From the NCBI GenBank assembly GCA_035221665.1, contig CM069148.1, positions 32,922,001 to 32,986,000 on the forward strand: a DNA stretch of 64,000 bases, in the 5' to 3' direction. Position 1 is the stretch's first letter. Every line of letters begins with the position of its first letter. Below, piece after piece: positions 1 through 13,073 of the stretch. The position numbers and the translations under genes are program-made. Below the pieces are notes generated by a model. It was not told the DNA's origin and did not search any database. It was given only the letters and a program-made list of their open reading frames with translations. The DNA is from Okamejei kenojei. Taxonomy: Eukaryota.

Positions 1-1858
1 TTGCTCAAGCTTTGGCCATTCTCAGTCTGGCCAACAGAGAAACTTTGGTCCATTGATCCATCTCTTATTGCTTAAGAAGTGGTCTGCTGTTAGTCCTCTA
101 GAAGTTTCATCCGCAGGATTTTCCTTTGTGTTAACATATTTCCACTGTGAAACATTAGTAGCACCCCTTACATAAGATATTCTGTTTGCTACAAATGTTG
201 GAAAACGTTTGTTCTCATTGTTGAAGTACTTAAGCACTGTAGTACTATCAGTCCAGAAGATAGATTCTTCCAGTTGAAGCTGTAGTTCTTTCCTTAGCAT
301 TATGTTAACTTTAACAAGCTAAGACTGCGGCAGTAAGTTCCATTCTGGGAATTATCATTTGCTTCAATGGTGCCACTCTGGTCTTTCCCATTAAGAATGC
401 AACATGTATTTCATTTATATCATTTTCCAGTCTTAGATGTACCGTAGACACTTTCACTTGCGTCAGAAAGGTGATGCAGCTGTGCATATCTGATTCGACC
501 AAAGTTTGTAAGCTTCATTTCAATTCTGAGATCTTGTTGAGATCTGGTAACCATTCTGTCCATCGGTGAGAGGAAGTTTGTGTAATACACTCATCCCATC
601 CAAGTTTTTCCTTACAAAGATCCTGCAAAATCAACTTGGCAGGCAGTGTAAATTGTGTGAGAAATCCCAAAGGGTCATAAACAGAACCAGTCACTGATAG
701 GATACCCCTTCTTGTACATGGTCGCTCTTGAATCGAGATTCTGAACTTGAACACATCTGATTCGACACACCAGTGCAATCCCAGTGCTCTTTCAATTGGC
801 AGATTGTCTTTGTCCAAATCCAATTCCCCGGTCTCCTTGGCTCTGTCATCTAGTGGAATGCTTTCTAATACAACAATAAGGCTGTTGCTCATCCACTTGG
901 AAAGCGTGAATCCTCCCTTATTGCAGAGGGAAGTCAGATGTTTTACCATTTCAATTGCTTCCTGCTCCGTCGACATGGATTTTAAGCAATCATCCACATA
1001 GAAATTATTCTTCACAGTTATTGTCACTTCTTCTGGAAAGTGAGCTTTATTGTCCTCTGTGGTCCTCCTTAATGCAAAGTTCGCACAACTTGGTGATGAC
1101 ACCGTTCCAAGGAGATGCACCTTCATCCGGTATTCAACAAGATCTTGTGCATACCCATCAGGCCACCATAGGAATGTTTTTTTGATACTTTGACGATGAA
1201 ACATCGCTTTAATATCAGCCATCAAAGCAATTGTTTCTTGTCTGAATTTAATAAGAACTCCAATGAGTGAGTTTGTAAGGTCCGGACCATGCAGTAGTTG
1301 ACAGTTGAGTGATGACCCTTTGAAGACTGCAGCACAGTCAAAGACCACTTTCAGGGTCCTTTTCTTCGAGTGACACACCCCATGGTACCAAAGCTTTCTG
1401 TCACTTCGATTTAGTTGGTTTGTTGGTACCATTTTGGCATAATCATTGTCAATCATGTCCTTTAGGAAAGATGTTATTTCGTATTCTCACCAAACTTGCG
1501 TTTCAGATTCTGGGTGTGCTGCTCTGCAATGCGACGTTTATTCGGCAGACAAACACTTTCTTGTTAGAAAGGTAAGTCTAGACAATAGTGTCCTTCTATC
1601 ATCTTTACTGAGTAGTTCATAATATCCAAGAACTTTAACTCTTCCCTGGACATTCTTCTGATTCCTTACTGGTACTTTCATTGAAGTCAAGATTGTATTG
1701 CTTGATCAATAGCTCTTCGAATTTAATAGTAGATATTTGATTGAGAGCAGCAGCAGCAGCAAGGTGGTTATTCTGGTTCCTGCTTCTGTTATTCCTTCTC
1801 AAGGAGCCACAGATAACCCATCCGAGTACGGTTTTCACAGCAAACGGTCCATCCCCTT

Positions 1859-2281
1859 TGTTACTGCAGAATGAACTAGCTGCTAATCATGGCCTACACG
1901 TGTCGTACCGATGTACCGTAATTCCAGTGATCCACTTGACTCTGTGGTTAAGTTGAACAAACACTGATTTATTTCCAAACATGTCCAAAACTTACATGCA
2001 TGGTCAAAAATGATAAAACACAGTAAAACACAGTCCGACACGGTGACTCCACAGCTAGCTCTATGATTCTCACTCTGTGTTTTTACAACACTACAGACAG
2101 AAAAATAAACAAGGAGCACCCTCTACAGGACATACTATACATTTATCAAATATGATAAACCAGTCTGTTCTAGGCACAACAATGCAACAAAAAACAGTAA
2201 TTAAACATTATTAAACTCACTAAATATGCTTATTCTGGTAATAGAATAAAAGGAATTACAAGATAATTTTTGCCCCATACA
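1859..2281 (-). mobile_element. Solo LTR (423 bp) inserted into the BEL pol gene
   Basis: TGT...ACA termini, 5-bp TSD CCCTT at 1854-1858 and 2282-2286, AATAAA on the minus strand near 1970. Removing it restores the pol reading ...VRSQG-DGPFAVKTVLGW. Confidence 0.85.
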
Positions 2282-2679
2282 CCCTTGGCTCCTCACAGTC
2301 TGTATAGGTTCCAGTGCCTTCAAAGTATTCATTCCGATAAGTAGGTCGATACCAGAATTTATTTTAGGTATCTTGACATCCTTCAAGTAAGGCCATTGTT
2401 TCAAGTCCTCGTGTCTGGGTATATTTTGATGACAAACAGGCATGGTCTCATGTGTAAAAACCTCAGATATTGGTATAAAATTGTCTTCATCCAGACTAGA
2501 TATTTCCATACGTGTAAGTAATGACTAACACACTCTTTCTCTTCATTCATGTTACGCAATAGAATCGTAACCTTTTCTCCTGTAATGTCCAGCCTTCTCA
2601 TCAAGCTTTCTGTACAAAAGGTAGCCCCACTTCCATGATCCAAAAATGCATATGTTTGCAACACTGTATTTGTCTTGCT

Positions 2680-5600
2680 CTTCTCCATGGATTGTCACCT
2701 TGTCGTGGAGGATAAGCTTGTGTGGTCCTGAGATTCTGAGAGCGATGCCGTCTGGAGCTATGCCCCTGGTAGGGCCACCCATGGTGGTAAGGTCAAGTGG
2801 GAGGTCTCTGACAAAGAGCAATCCAACCAAGACCTCAATGGTCAAACAGGCGGAGGATGATGGCACACTTTAGTGGAGCGTCACAACGGCTGGGAAAGCG
2901 GATGAAGGCTGCAGCAGAAAAGGGTCTCCGGTCGTTTTGGACTCCATGCCACTGGATCCTGACTTGGATCTGTCTAGAACCGTGTGGTGGCTCTCTGTGC
3001 ACCAGTCTCCCCACGTTAAACAAAGTAACGCACAGGTGTCCTCCATATAGGGAATCCACCTAACACCCTGGATTGAGTCCTATGGCGATCGGCAAGTGGC
3101 GACGGGGGCAGGATTGTGAAATCTGGAAGCCCCTAGTCATGAGCTGGCACATCAGGCGGTGGGTGCTAGATTCAGTGGCTGTACTCTTGGAATGAGGCAG
3201 AAGAGCCGTTCGGCAGCTGCACCCACGACTGAGCAGTCCTCTTTAGGACCCTCTCTGCTCATCCTACTTGGGGAAAGGGCTAGAAAAGGTGCCCTAAAAA
3301 TAGCCTGCCTCAAATTTACCGACTGGATTTCCGCGTCCAGAGGTATCACCACACGCGGTCAGAAACACAGAAATACGAATATGAACTTTGGAGTATGGAA
3401 TGTGCGCACATTGATGGATAGTGCAACCAGTAACAGACTAGAGAGGAGAGCCGCGTTCATCGCAAGAGAACTGAGAAGATGCCGGATTGACATAGCTGCC
3501 CCTTTTGAACCTGGCGGGCAGACGAAGGACAACTGAAGGAGGAGAAGGGTGGCTACACTTTCTTCTGGAAAGGAAAAGCTGCTGATGAGCCCAGAATCTA
3601 TGGTATTGGGTTTTACATCAGGAACCAGCTCATCAGCCACCTCTCTGAACTTCCTGTGGGAATCAGTGAATGTCTCATGACCATCCGTCTGGTGCTTGCC
3701 AACAACCAGATGGCAACAGTTGTGAGTGCCTATGTCTCTTCTTTAGACTCTGAAGAGGAAGTAAAAGAGACCTACGCCTGCTTGGATGAGACTCTGTCTA
3801 CAATCCCCAGCAAGGATAAGATTATTCTAGGAGACTTCAACGCCAGGGTCGGCCAGGACCAACACCTCTGGAAGGATACCATAGGAAAGGAAGGTATGGG
3901 GAACATCAACTCCAATGGAGCTCTGCTTCTCAGCAAATGTGCTCAGCACGACCTCATCATCACTAATACCCTCTTTCGCCAGAAAAACAAACTAATGGCA
4001 TCTTGTAGACACCCACGCTCCAAACAGTGGCATCTCATTGACTATGTCATTTTACGAGCCAGGGACCGCCATGACATGAACATCACAAAGGCCATGATAG
4101 ATGCAGATGACTGCTGGACAGATCATCGCCTCATCTGCTCCATGATGTCCATCAAACTCAAGAGGAAGAGAAGGATTCAAACAAAGCAGATCTGGCCTAG
4201 GCTGAACCTTGAAAGCCTGGAGGAAACTGCCACCCTGCAGCGATTTCAGGCTTCTCTAGGGGAAAGCCTCCGACAGGAATATCCTGATGATATTGAAGGG
4301 CACTGGAGCCGGGTCAAATCCACCATCCTTGATACCTGTAAAACATCCTTGGGTGCAAGTCCAGAAAACACCAGGACTGGGTTGACGAGAACGACACAGA
4401 GATAGAACAGCTCATCTCGAAGAAAAGGAAAGCCTTTCATGCCTGGCAAAATGATGTAACCTGCAAGGCTAAAAAAGCGGCTCACTCCAGAGCCAAGGCG
4501 GACGTCCAGAGCCGGGTGAGGGAGCTTAAGAACTCTTGGTGGACAGATAAGGCTCTGGAAATCCAGAGAATGGCCGAGTCGGGTGACACCAGAGGCTTCT
4601 TCAGTGCCACTAAGGCCGTCTATGGTCCAAGCTACCGCGGCCTAACCTCCCTGCGCTCAAAAGACGGACAATAACTGCTGATGGACAGTGAGTCCATCAA
4701 CGCCCGATGGAAAGAGCACTTCCAGGAACTCCTCAAACATCACAGCACAACTGAACCAGACATTATCCACCGCATCCCCCAGAGTCCCATCAGAGAAGAC
4801 ATGGAAGAGCCTCCCATGTTGACAGAGGTTCAAGTTGCCATCAAGAACCTTAAGAACAACAAGGCCACAGGTCCAGGTGGGATCCCAGCTGAGATCTTAA
4901 AGGAAGGTGGACTGGAGCTCCTGTACCATATCCATGCCCTACTCCTCATGGTCTGGGAAAAAGAATAACTTCCCTCAGAACTCAGGGATGCTCTAATAGT
5001 GACCAGTTTCAAGAAGGGGGACAAGGCTGAATGTTGAAACTACAGGGGCTTCTCGCTACTGTCAACAACAGGCAGACCTAGCTCGTGTCCCCGCAAACCG
5101 ACTTCTACCACTGTCCGTGGAGGTACTCACAGAATCACAGTGTGGCTTCCGCCCATCCAGAGGTACAGCAGACATGATATTCACAGCATGCCAACTCCAG
5201 GAAAAATGCCGTGAACATGGCCTTCATAGACCTGACAAAGGCTTTTGACTCAGTAGACCACCAGGTTCTTTGGAACATACTATCAAGGTACGGTTGTCAC
5301 GACAAGTACATCAGAATATTGAGACTTCTACATGATGGCATGTTGGTCACAGTGCTCAGCAACTGCGCCTCTGAGTCCGAGCCTTTCACTGTGGAAACGG
5401 GGGTCAAACAGGGATGCATCATCGCACCCACCCTGTTTGTCGTCTTCATTGCTGCCATACTTCAAAGCTGCCACAGGGGATCCCAATCCTCTTCAGAACT
5501 GATGGTGGGCTCTTCAACCTTAATAGGTTGAAAGCCAAGAGCAAAGACAGTAACACCGCCATCATGGAGCTTCAGTACGTGCACGACTGCGCCATTGCAG

Positions 5601-6551
5601 CACACTCTGCAGAAGACCTCCAGGGCATCCTGAATGCCTTCGCCGAGGCATACAGAGCCATGGACCTAGCCTTAAATATCAAGAAGACCCAGGTCCTACA
5701 TCAACCTCCATCCAACCAGCCATCTACACAGCCCACTATAAATGAGGACAACACCACTCTTGAAAACGTTGACCACTTCCCCTACCTTGGCAGCATTCTT
5801 TCCTCAAAAGCTGACATCGACTCTGAGGTCAACCATTGCCTGAGTTGTGCCAGCGGAGCCTACGCCAGACTCAGGAAAAGAGTATTTGAAGACCGAGACC
5901 TAAAGGCTCAATAAAACTGCTGGTCCACTCTCCACCCTGTTGTATGGAGCTGAGTCGTGGACCACCTACAGCAGGCACTTCAGGGCACTGGTACAATACC
6001 ATCAAAGATCCTTACGAAATATTCTGTGGATCAGCTGGGAGGACAAACGCATCAACATCAGCATTTTGGAGGAAGCCAACATGACCAGCATCACCACCAC
6101 AATATTGCAGCACCAACTTCGATGGACTGGCCATGTCATCCGCATGTCCAACACGCGTCTCCCTAAACAAATCCTGTACTCTCAATTGAAGAAAGGTTGG
6201 CGAGCCCCCGGCGTACAAAAAAAACGCTTCAAGGACAACATCAAGAACAGTCTGGAGAAATTCCACATCACATCAAGCAACTGGGAGCATATTGCACTGG
6301 AGGAAATCCGTGCAGGGAGCAGCTGCACTTCACGAAATGGAACTACGTCATGTCGCAGAGACAAAGCGACAGCACTGTAAGGAGAGAGCGAAGGGGGATC
6401 GACGACTACCAACCACCGCCTTTCTGCACTACTCACGTTGCACCAAGGTGTGTGGATCATGGATCGGCCTCTACAGACATCTGCAGACCCACAAGTAGAT
6501 AACCCTATGGAGAGTCATACTCGTTTAGAGTGACCGTCGATGATGATGATG
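2680..6551 (+). mobile_element. Full-length RTE-clade LINE (APE endonuclease + RT, disrupted)
   Basis: TSD ATTTGTCTTGCT at 2668-2679 and 6552-6563; (GAT)n tail; ORF from ~3381 MNFGVWNVRTL..., GDFNARVG, IDYV, WTDH, FIDLTKAFDSV, GVKQGC, LQYVHD (decayed YADD), LRWTGHV; multiple frameshifts and stops. Confidence 0.93.
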
Positions 6552-9463
6552 ATTTGTCTTGCTATTCCTTACTTGTACTGGTAAGATAGAGAAGATACAG
6601 GTTCCTACCCCTGCCCCAATATGGGGAGTTACCTGAAGTGAGGTGACAGCATCACTGGTGGCTAGCTTCGCCTTCTGTTCTATTTGCTCCGGCTTCTTCG
6701 GCTCAGCGTGAAGTGCTTCAGGATGATCTTGCTTGCACTTATCACAAGTTATAGGACTTGCAGTCTTTAATCATGTGTCCTTTCTTCAAACATTCAAAAC
6801 AGATTCCCTTCTCCTTTCAGAAATCCATCTTTTCCGTCTTGAATTTCCGACACCATCTTATGATGTGACTAACTTTGTTGCATGACAAGCAGAACCATCT
6901 TGGCTTAACAGTAGATGTATATCCTTTCTTTTCGCCTTTTGTTTCTCCAGGTATTACAGCAGTAGCAAAACTACTTCACTTAGGTCCTGATCTTCCTTTT
7001 GTTTTAGTAAAGGTAGAACCTTTGACGTTCGCTGGTTTAGGATCTTGAATATTCCCATGGCGCAGACTTGACATATTTTGTACTTCCCTGGCTATGAAAT
7101 TCACCAGATCAGGAAACATGGCTTCTCGTTTTTCACCTTCCTGTATCTGGCCTGCATTATCTCTCCCCTTTTCTCTAAGTCTGAAGGGCAGAATAATAGC
7201 CTGCATATTACCAACAACATTCAATTTGTCCATGTGGTTGTGTTTGCTCATCGCATTACAATAACCTCAAAGAAACATCGTAAACTCGTTCAATGCCTCC
7301 ACATCTTCCGCCTTGATAACCGACCAGGCAAAGGCCTTCTTCATGTACGCATTAGCAATCTTCTGTTCGTTACCAAACATTCTTTGAGCAACTCTTTTGC
7401 CTTTAGATATCCCTCTTCTGCAGGCAAATGTTGACAACCAGTAACAAGCTGTGGTGCACGTCCGCCTGTGTATTGTTCAAGAAAGTTTAAGCAATCTCCC
7501 GAATTACTAGTTTTCATTTCCACACCTTCTTGGAACCGTCTTATGAAAGTTTCATAATGCAAAGGATCACTGTCATATGTAGGAATTTCCTTTGGAGGTA
7601 AGGTGGAAAGGATATTTTGTTGAGCTTTGAGCTCACTATTTTTCGATTGATTCCTCACCAATTCATGGAATTCATGTTGAGATCTCTGGTTGGGCACAGA
7701 TGGATGATAAGCAGCTCAAGCCTGTAAAACATGCCCCCGAAGGGGATGCTGAAATGAAGTTTTGTTGCCCATCCACTGGCTCTGTGCTAGCTCTGAGTCA
7801 CAAAGCCAGATATTTTCTGGCTGCAGATACTATTTAGGTGCTGCTTCCTTTCCTGTTAAGGAACCTTTCTTCTGAGATACACTTGAGCCACTTCTGAATC
7901 TCCGACTCCATTGTCTCTTTCTTCATTGTGGCGATTTCCAACTTCATGGTCATTTCCAGTTGTTCCGTCCCTCTCTTCAGCGGTTCTTCATGTTCCTCAG
8001 CCTCTGTTAAACTGCCTTTCTCGCTCTTCAGCTTCTCTCAAGCTGCCATTTCTGCTCTTCAGCTTCTCTCTCAAACTGCCTTTTCCGCTCCTCAAGCTTA
8101 TGTTTTCTTTCCAAGGAGGCAGTTTCTAGCGAGAGAGCAGCAAGTTCAGCTTTGAATTTCACTTGGTCAGAGACTCTTGAGATTGAACTGGCTACAGAAC
8201 CAGTCTTATGTATTGATCTTCGTGTTGAAACGTTTGAGATACTATCTTGTGGCATTACTTCTTCTTCCATTTGGGTACCTTGTTGCATAGCATCTCTTGC
8301 TATAGCACACATGGTCCTTTGTTCAACTTCAGCTAACCATCTCTTCGCATCTTCCATTAAAAATCATCAAATATCTCCACCCTTTCTTTGAACCACTGGT
8401 CTTTCGAACTCTTTCGAGTTCTTCCTGAGGCAGCTGTGAATCCAGCAGTGTTTTTTGTTTATCTCCAACCTCTTTACCGAGGCTGAATAGTTGTCCCAGG
8501 TTAGACCCTACTGTCTTCACGTTCTCATCTGATTCCATTAGTTCTTTCTGGAATTTATTTAACTTGATCAAGTTCTTCCATAACTTGTTTCTTCCCTTCT
8601 GGATTTTTTCCAGGTAAGCTACTTCCCCCTTCTCAGTTCGCTTGGTCTCCCTCCTCTCATATCTTCTCCCCACAGCTCCACCTTCTGGCTTTTCTTCGCC
8701 TGGCTTACCTGTCGAAGATTCCATGACTCCCTCTGGTGGAGCTTCTTCACATGGCTTACTTGCTTCTTCTTGCTCTATGAATTAAACAGATCTTGGCAGA
8801 TTGCCAAATCTGCTAATAAGAGAAACAGGATTTCTTCAGTCTGCTTCTGTCATTACTGATAAACATTCAATAGTTGAGCATAAATCCCAAACAATCATTC
8901 ATTCTAGTGCAGTGATCCATAAACACACAAAAGAATTCAAAACAAAACTGGACTTTCAGAAAACATCCAATTATCCAAGGCCACGGCTTGCTTCTCTTCA
9001 CATTAAGGTAAACAAGCTTCTTGGCTGCTTTCCAAAACTTTAGCAGAACTGGCTTCTATCACAGACTTTTTAAATCACTTTAAAATGCGACGAATCATTC
9101 GAACTTTTCACAGCATCTCGTTAAGAAACTGTCCAAATTAATGTGTTCCAGCTTTCAAATTTAAAGCATAATACAATAGCTGTTCATTACTCACACTCTT
9201 GATCAGTGAAGTTTTCAATCTTCAGAAAAGTTAAGTGGCTGTGTCGATTAACCTACCAACAGGTAGGCTCTAAAACCGGTCAAGCTATAATCTCTGGCGG
9301 AGATTTAGCTTCTTCAGTTCCTTTTCTATGGAACCAGTCTTCAGTTCCACTTCTACGGAACCAGTCTTCTGGCAGTAATCTCTCATAGAGATCCAGCCCA
9401 ATCTTCTGTCCCTCTTCTATGGGACCAATCTTCTACCTCCTGGTTGTAAGGTATTTTTGACAG

Positions 9464-9907
9464 TGACAGATTTTACATCGTCTCAAGGATTTAGTCCTGA
9501 GAGTCATTTTAATTGATGACCGAGGATCAGAAGGTAAGCAAAACGCACTCACGAGCTCTCCACGAGACATTCAATGCCGACGAAAGATATATCTTCCAAA
9601 AACTGTCTCTTGATTAATAGTTTCTTTGTGTAGTAGTTCAAACAGTAAGATAATCATAAAGGCTTGTTCTTGTATAAGTACATTTCAATCATACTCGTGG
9701 TCCTGCTCGTGCATGGTCAAAAACGATGTATCTTTCCCGATCCTCTTCGAACTAAACTAAACCTCCTTGGGAGTCTGCGTGAGAATCCTCGCCGCAAACA
9801 TGCCTCAGACTACGTATAAATCCCACCCACATAATTACAGGCAGATAAAATTTAAAGGTAACTGGTTATATTTAAAACATACTGAGTTGACCTAAACGGC
9901 TACGACA
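9464..9907 (-). repeat. Putative 5' LTR of the BEL element
   Basis: Minus strand starts TGTCGTAG at 9907 and ends ...CTGTCA at 9464, followed by CTGTCAAAAA leader-like sequence; ATTAAA lies about 45 nt before the end. The partner LTR is outside the window, so the edges cannot be confirmed. Confidence 0.55.
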
Positions 9908-10011
9908 AGATCTCTTTAGCAGATTTTGAACATTTTCTTTTCCCGTCATAGATCAAGATGACGACTATTGCACACATTGACCTTGAACAAATCCAATCTA
10001 GCTAATTAGTG

Positions 10012-10159
10012 TTAAAGAAGGAACTGCAGATGCTGGAGAATCGAGGGTACACAAAAGGCTGGAGAAATTCAGCGGGTGCAGCAGCATCTAAGGAGCGAAG
10101 GAGATAGGCAATATTTCGGGTCGAGACCCTTCTTCAGTTTCTCCAGCCTTTTGTGTACC
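10012..10159 (-). mobile_element. Short Penelope-derived (pseudo-LTR) repeat with hammerhead-like core
   Basis: Flanked by a 14-bp direct repeat CTAGCTAATTAGTG (9998-10011, 10160-10173); internal 23-bp inverted repeat; the same sequence ends the GIY-YIG-bearing fragments at 44.1 and 47.4 kb. Confidence 0.7.
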
Positions 10160-11147
10160 CTAGCTAATTAGTGCCTGGCCAACAGCACAGTTATTGAAGT
10201 TGCCGTTGACAGTGCTATAAAGTGACATTTACTGTCAAGTAACCTGTTTACTCATGTATGTTTTGGGTTTCACCATAACGACATGATTCCAGACCTCATA
10301 CAGACTTGATTCAAGACTCCAAGTTATTGATGGAGGAGGACACTGCAATGTAATACCATTTTGAAGTTTAATATTACAGACAAATTAATGGAATGCACAA
10401 AAGAAGCGATAAGGTAAATGAGGGGCAGGATTAATCCATATTTGGAAAATAAAGTTACTCATTTTGGGAGTTATAACCAAAAGTTGCATTGCTTGTCATG
10501 GAAAAGTTTTATAGCTGTATTTATCTAGCAAGGTCGAAATGAACTCATCACATTCCGGCCCTGTGGCTTGTACGCCACACAATATATTTTGGAAGTCGGG
10601 GTGCATATCTTTCTGAGCCAGATTGGCAGCTTCTGACCTCTTGTAGCCACAGTATTTATGTAGCCAATTGAGTGTTTGATCAATGGTGCCACTCTCCCTT
10701 CACTTGCCTCTTCCCCCACTCCACCAGATCCGAAAGCTAGTGAATTAATGAGATTGCTGATTGGACTCTCACTTAGCAGCATACATTTTAATTGCTACTT
10801 ATCAGAATGTGGTTTTCATTTTTGAATATTATATAATCATCAGTGAATATCCCCACTTCTGACTTTATGATGGAAAACAGAATACTGATGACACAAAGTA
10901 ATTTCTGGATCAACATCTTTTGCTTGAGATAATTAACCTCTGTGAATGCACTGTCGTGGGATGGGGTATGGGGTTCCAGTGCCATTTGGATAATAACCTG
11001 ATTGAATTAGTCCTTAATTTACCCAAACTGGAATCAGCAGTTACAAAATCAGAGAGAAAATTAGAGTGGATAAAATATGTTCTTCACAGTATTTTCTTGT
11101 AACTAGAAAGTGTGATGGTATTTTAAAGCTTTTTCTTATATTTCCAG

Positions 11148-11258
11148 GATATGTTGGAGCAGGGATGTTGTCTGGCTGTATTGCTGGAGATGTCTTCACT
11201 TCTCCACCAACTGGGAATATTTCAGCAGCGATCCGAGCCATGGCCAGAGCAGGTGCAG
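11148..11258 (+). CDS. TKFC: TKFC/DAK-family coding exon ([37 protein letters not shown])
   Basis: tttccag acceptor, gtatgg donor, 111 nt, phase 1/1; matches human [36 protein letters not shown]. Confidence 0.92.
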
Positions 11259-12090
11259 GTATGGCCATATGGAAAATAAACAGCTCTAAAACAGAAGATG
11301 TTTATGGGTTTGAAATTTAAAATAAAGTAAAAGTGAGGGTACATTCAATTGAAGGTAACCTACTGGTTTGGGTAATAAATTGTTTGGGAGTTTGGAGATA
11401 GAAGGATTACAGGTATGTAGACAAATTTGCAAAATTTGATGCCTGCCCCCTTCATCAATATTCCAGCTTTGGTATATGGTGAGGGGTGTTAAACATATTT
11501 AATAAATTACCTAATTTGATGTCCATGGATTTAAAACTGCAGCCCTACTTGTATCCGAGGCATCAGGTTCAAATTCTGTCACTTTGGTTACATACCTGTT
11601 ATCCTTATGTCTCCAAGCTCCAAAACAGTTAATTATCCAATCCAGTTGGTTACCTTCAATTTAATGCTCTCACATTTTTATTAGACACTTCTTAAATAAA
11701 GCCAAATTGTGTTAATATTAATATTAACCACAGTTTCTAATCTAAAATAGTTACCACGTTAAAATTATGATTTGATCTTTATAAATCTGATGGGTTGATA
11801 TTTGCCAAGGTACTTTGATATTCCATGAAATTGCTAAGACCTATTGAGTTTTTTTTCTCCTTATTTATCTTTCTTAAATATCGGAATAAAACCAACAGGT
11901 TTCTAATTAAGGGGAATAGTTCCTGAACCAGGAGATCAAGAATTGTTGAGACTAATATCACAACAATTTTATTGTTTATTTTTATTTGAATACCTCAGGA
12001 TAAACTACAAGGTCCTAGGATTTTGTTTAGTCTTCAGTTCATCATCACTACTTTAAAAAAAAAGTTGTGATGATGAATTGAAGGCATAAA

Positions 12091-12630
12091 CAGGGTTACC
12101 AACTGTCCCGGATTCGCCGTATTTCGTCCCGGCGAAACAACCTAAATACGGTGTTCCGGCAGGCAAACAAGTCGTTACGGAGAAGGGCGGGAACGAAAAA
12201 TAATCAAAACAATAAACGGGAAGGGCGGGGGCGGGAGCGGGAATGAGCGGCGGTTGGACACGTGCAGCGGGAAGGGCGGGAGCGGGAACGAGCGGCGGTG
12301 GGACACGTGCAGCGGGAATGAGCGGCGGTTGGACACGTGCAGCGGGAAGGGCGGGAACGAGCGGCGGTCGGACACGTGCAGCGGGAAGGGCGGGAGCGGG
12401 AACGAGCGGCGGTTGGACACGTGCAGCGGGAATGAGCGGCGGTTGGACACGTGCAGCGGGAAGAGCGGGAGCGGGAACGAGCGGCGGTTGGACACGTGCA
12501 GCGGGAAGAGCGGGAGCGGGAACGAGCGGCGGTTGGACACGTGCAGCGGGAAGGGCGGGAACGAGCGGCGGTTGGACACGTGCATTGGGAAGGGCGGGAA
12601 CGGGAACGAGCGAGAACGGGAACGAGCGAT
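12091..12630. repeat. GC-rich minisatellite (unit ~30-48 bp, GAGCGGCGGTTGGACACGTGCAGCGGGAA...) preceded by a hAT-like terminus
   Basis: Nine copies of GGACACGTGC between 12255 and 12583; CAGGGTTACCAAC at 12091 resembles a hAT TIR, but I found no partner end. Confidence 0.75.
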
Positions 12631-12755
12631 GGTGGGTACAGGATGATGCTACAGACAGAGATGGTCAAAAGGCTGTTAAGACATTCATGTGCAAGGAACA
12701 GAGGTAACATTAGCATTGTGGGGCTAAGGGCCCCATTGCCTGTGTTGTATGTTTC

Positions 12756-13073
12756 AATAGACAATAGGTGCAGGAGGAGGCCATTCGGCCCTTTGAGCCA
12801 GCACCACCATTCACTGTGATCACGGCTGATCATCCCCAATCAGTACCCCGTTCCTGCCTTCTCCCCATATCCCCTGACTCCGCTATCTTTAAGAGCCCTA
12901 TCTAGTTCTCTGTTGAAAGCACCCAGAGAACCGGCCTCCACCGCCCTATGAGGCAGAGAATTCCACAGACTCGCCACTCTCTGTGAGAAAAAGTGTTTCC
13001 TCGTCTCCGTTCTAAATGGCTTACTCCTTATTCTAAGACTGTGGCCCCTGGTTCTGAACTCCCCCAACATCGG
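12756..13073 (-). mobile_element. CR1 LINE 3' fragment
   Basis: ORF2 C-terminus RTRGHSLRI...FFSQRVASLWNSLP and a 3' UTR/tail shared with other CR1 copies in the window. Confidence 0.88.

Larger units (their letters stand above)
1..9907 (-). mobile_element. BEL/Pao LTR retrotransposon, decayed; 3' part (integrase, 3' LTR) runs off the left edge; interrupted by a solo LTR and an RTE
   Basis: Minus-strand ORF pieces in BEL order: gag (8724 to ~6600, with Cys/His knuckles near 6700-6810), aspartic protease ILPVQV...TYAFLDHGS (split at 6564/2667), RT 515-1456 (VVFDCAA, DIKAMF, NFYVDD, YDPLG), then RNase H/peptidase A17 region (VAPLKQMIIPRMEL, FWTDS, FVANRI, NPAD) at 22-502. Many frameshifts and stops. 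Confidence 0.93.

Noticed and set aside
9310-9440. Short ~28-bp repeats TCTTCAGTTCC..TTCTAYGGAACCAG
   Set aside because: Ordinary tandem repeats in the BEL untranslated leader.
12175-12839. Several 120-210 aa ORFs on both strands
   Set aside because: They are translations of a minisatellite that is open in many frames; no protein family signal.
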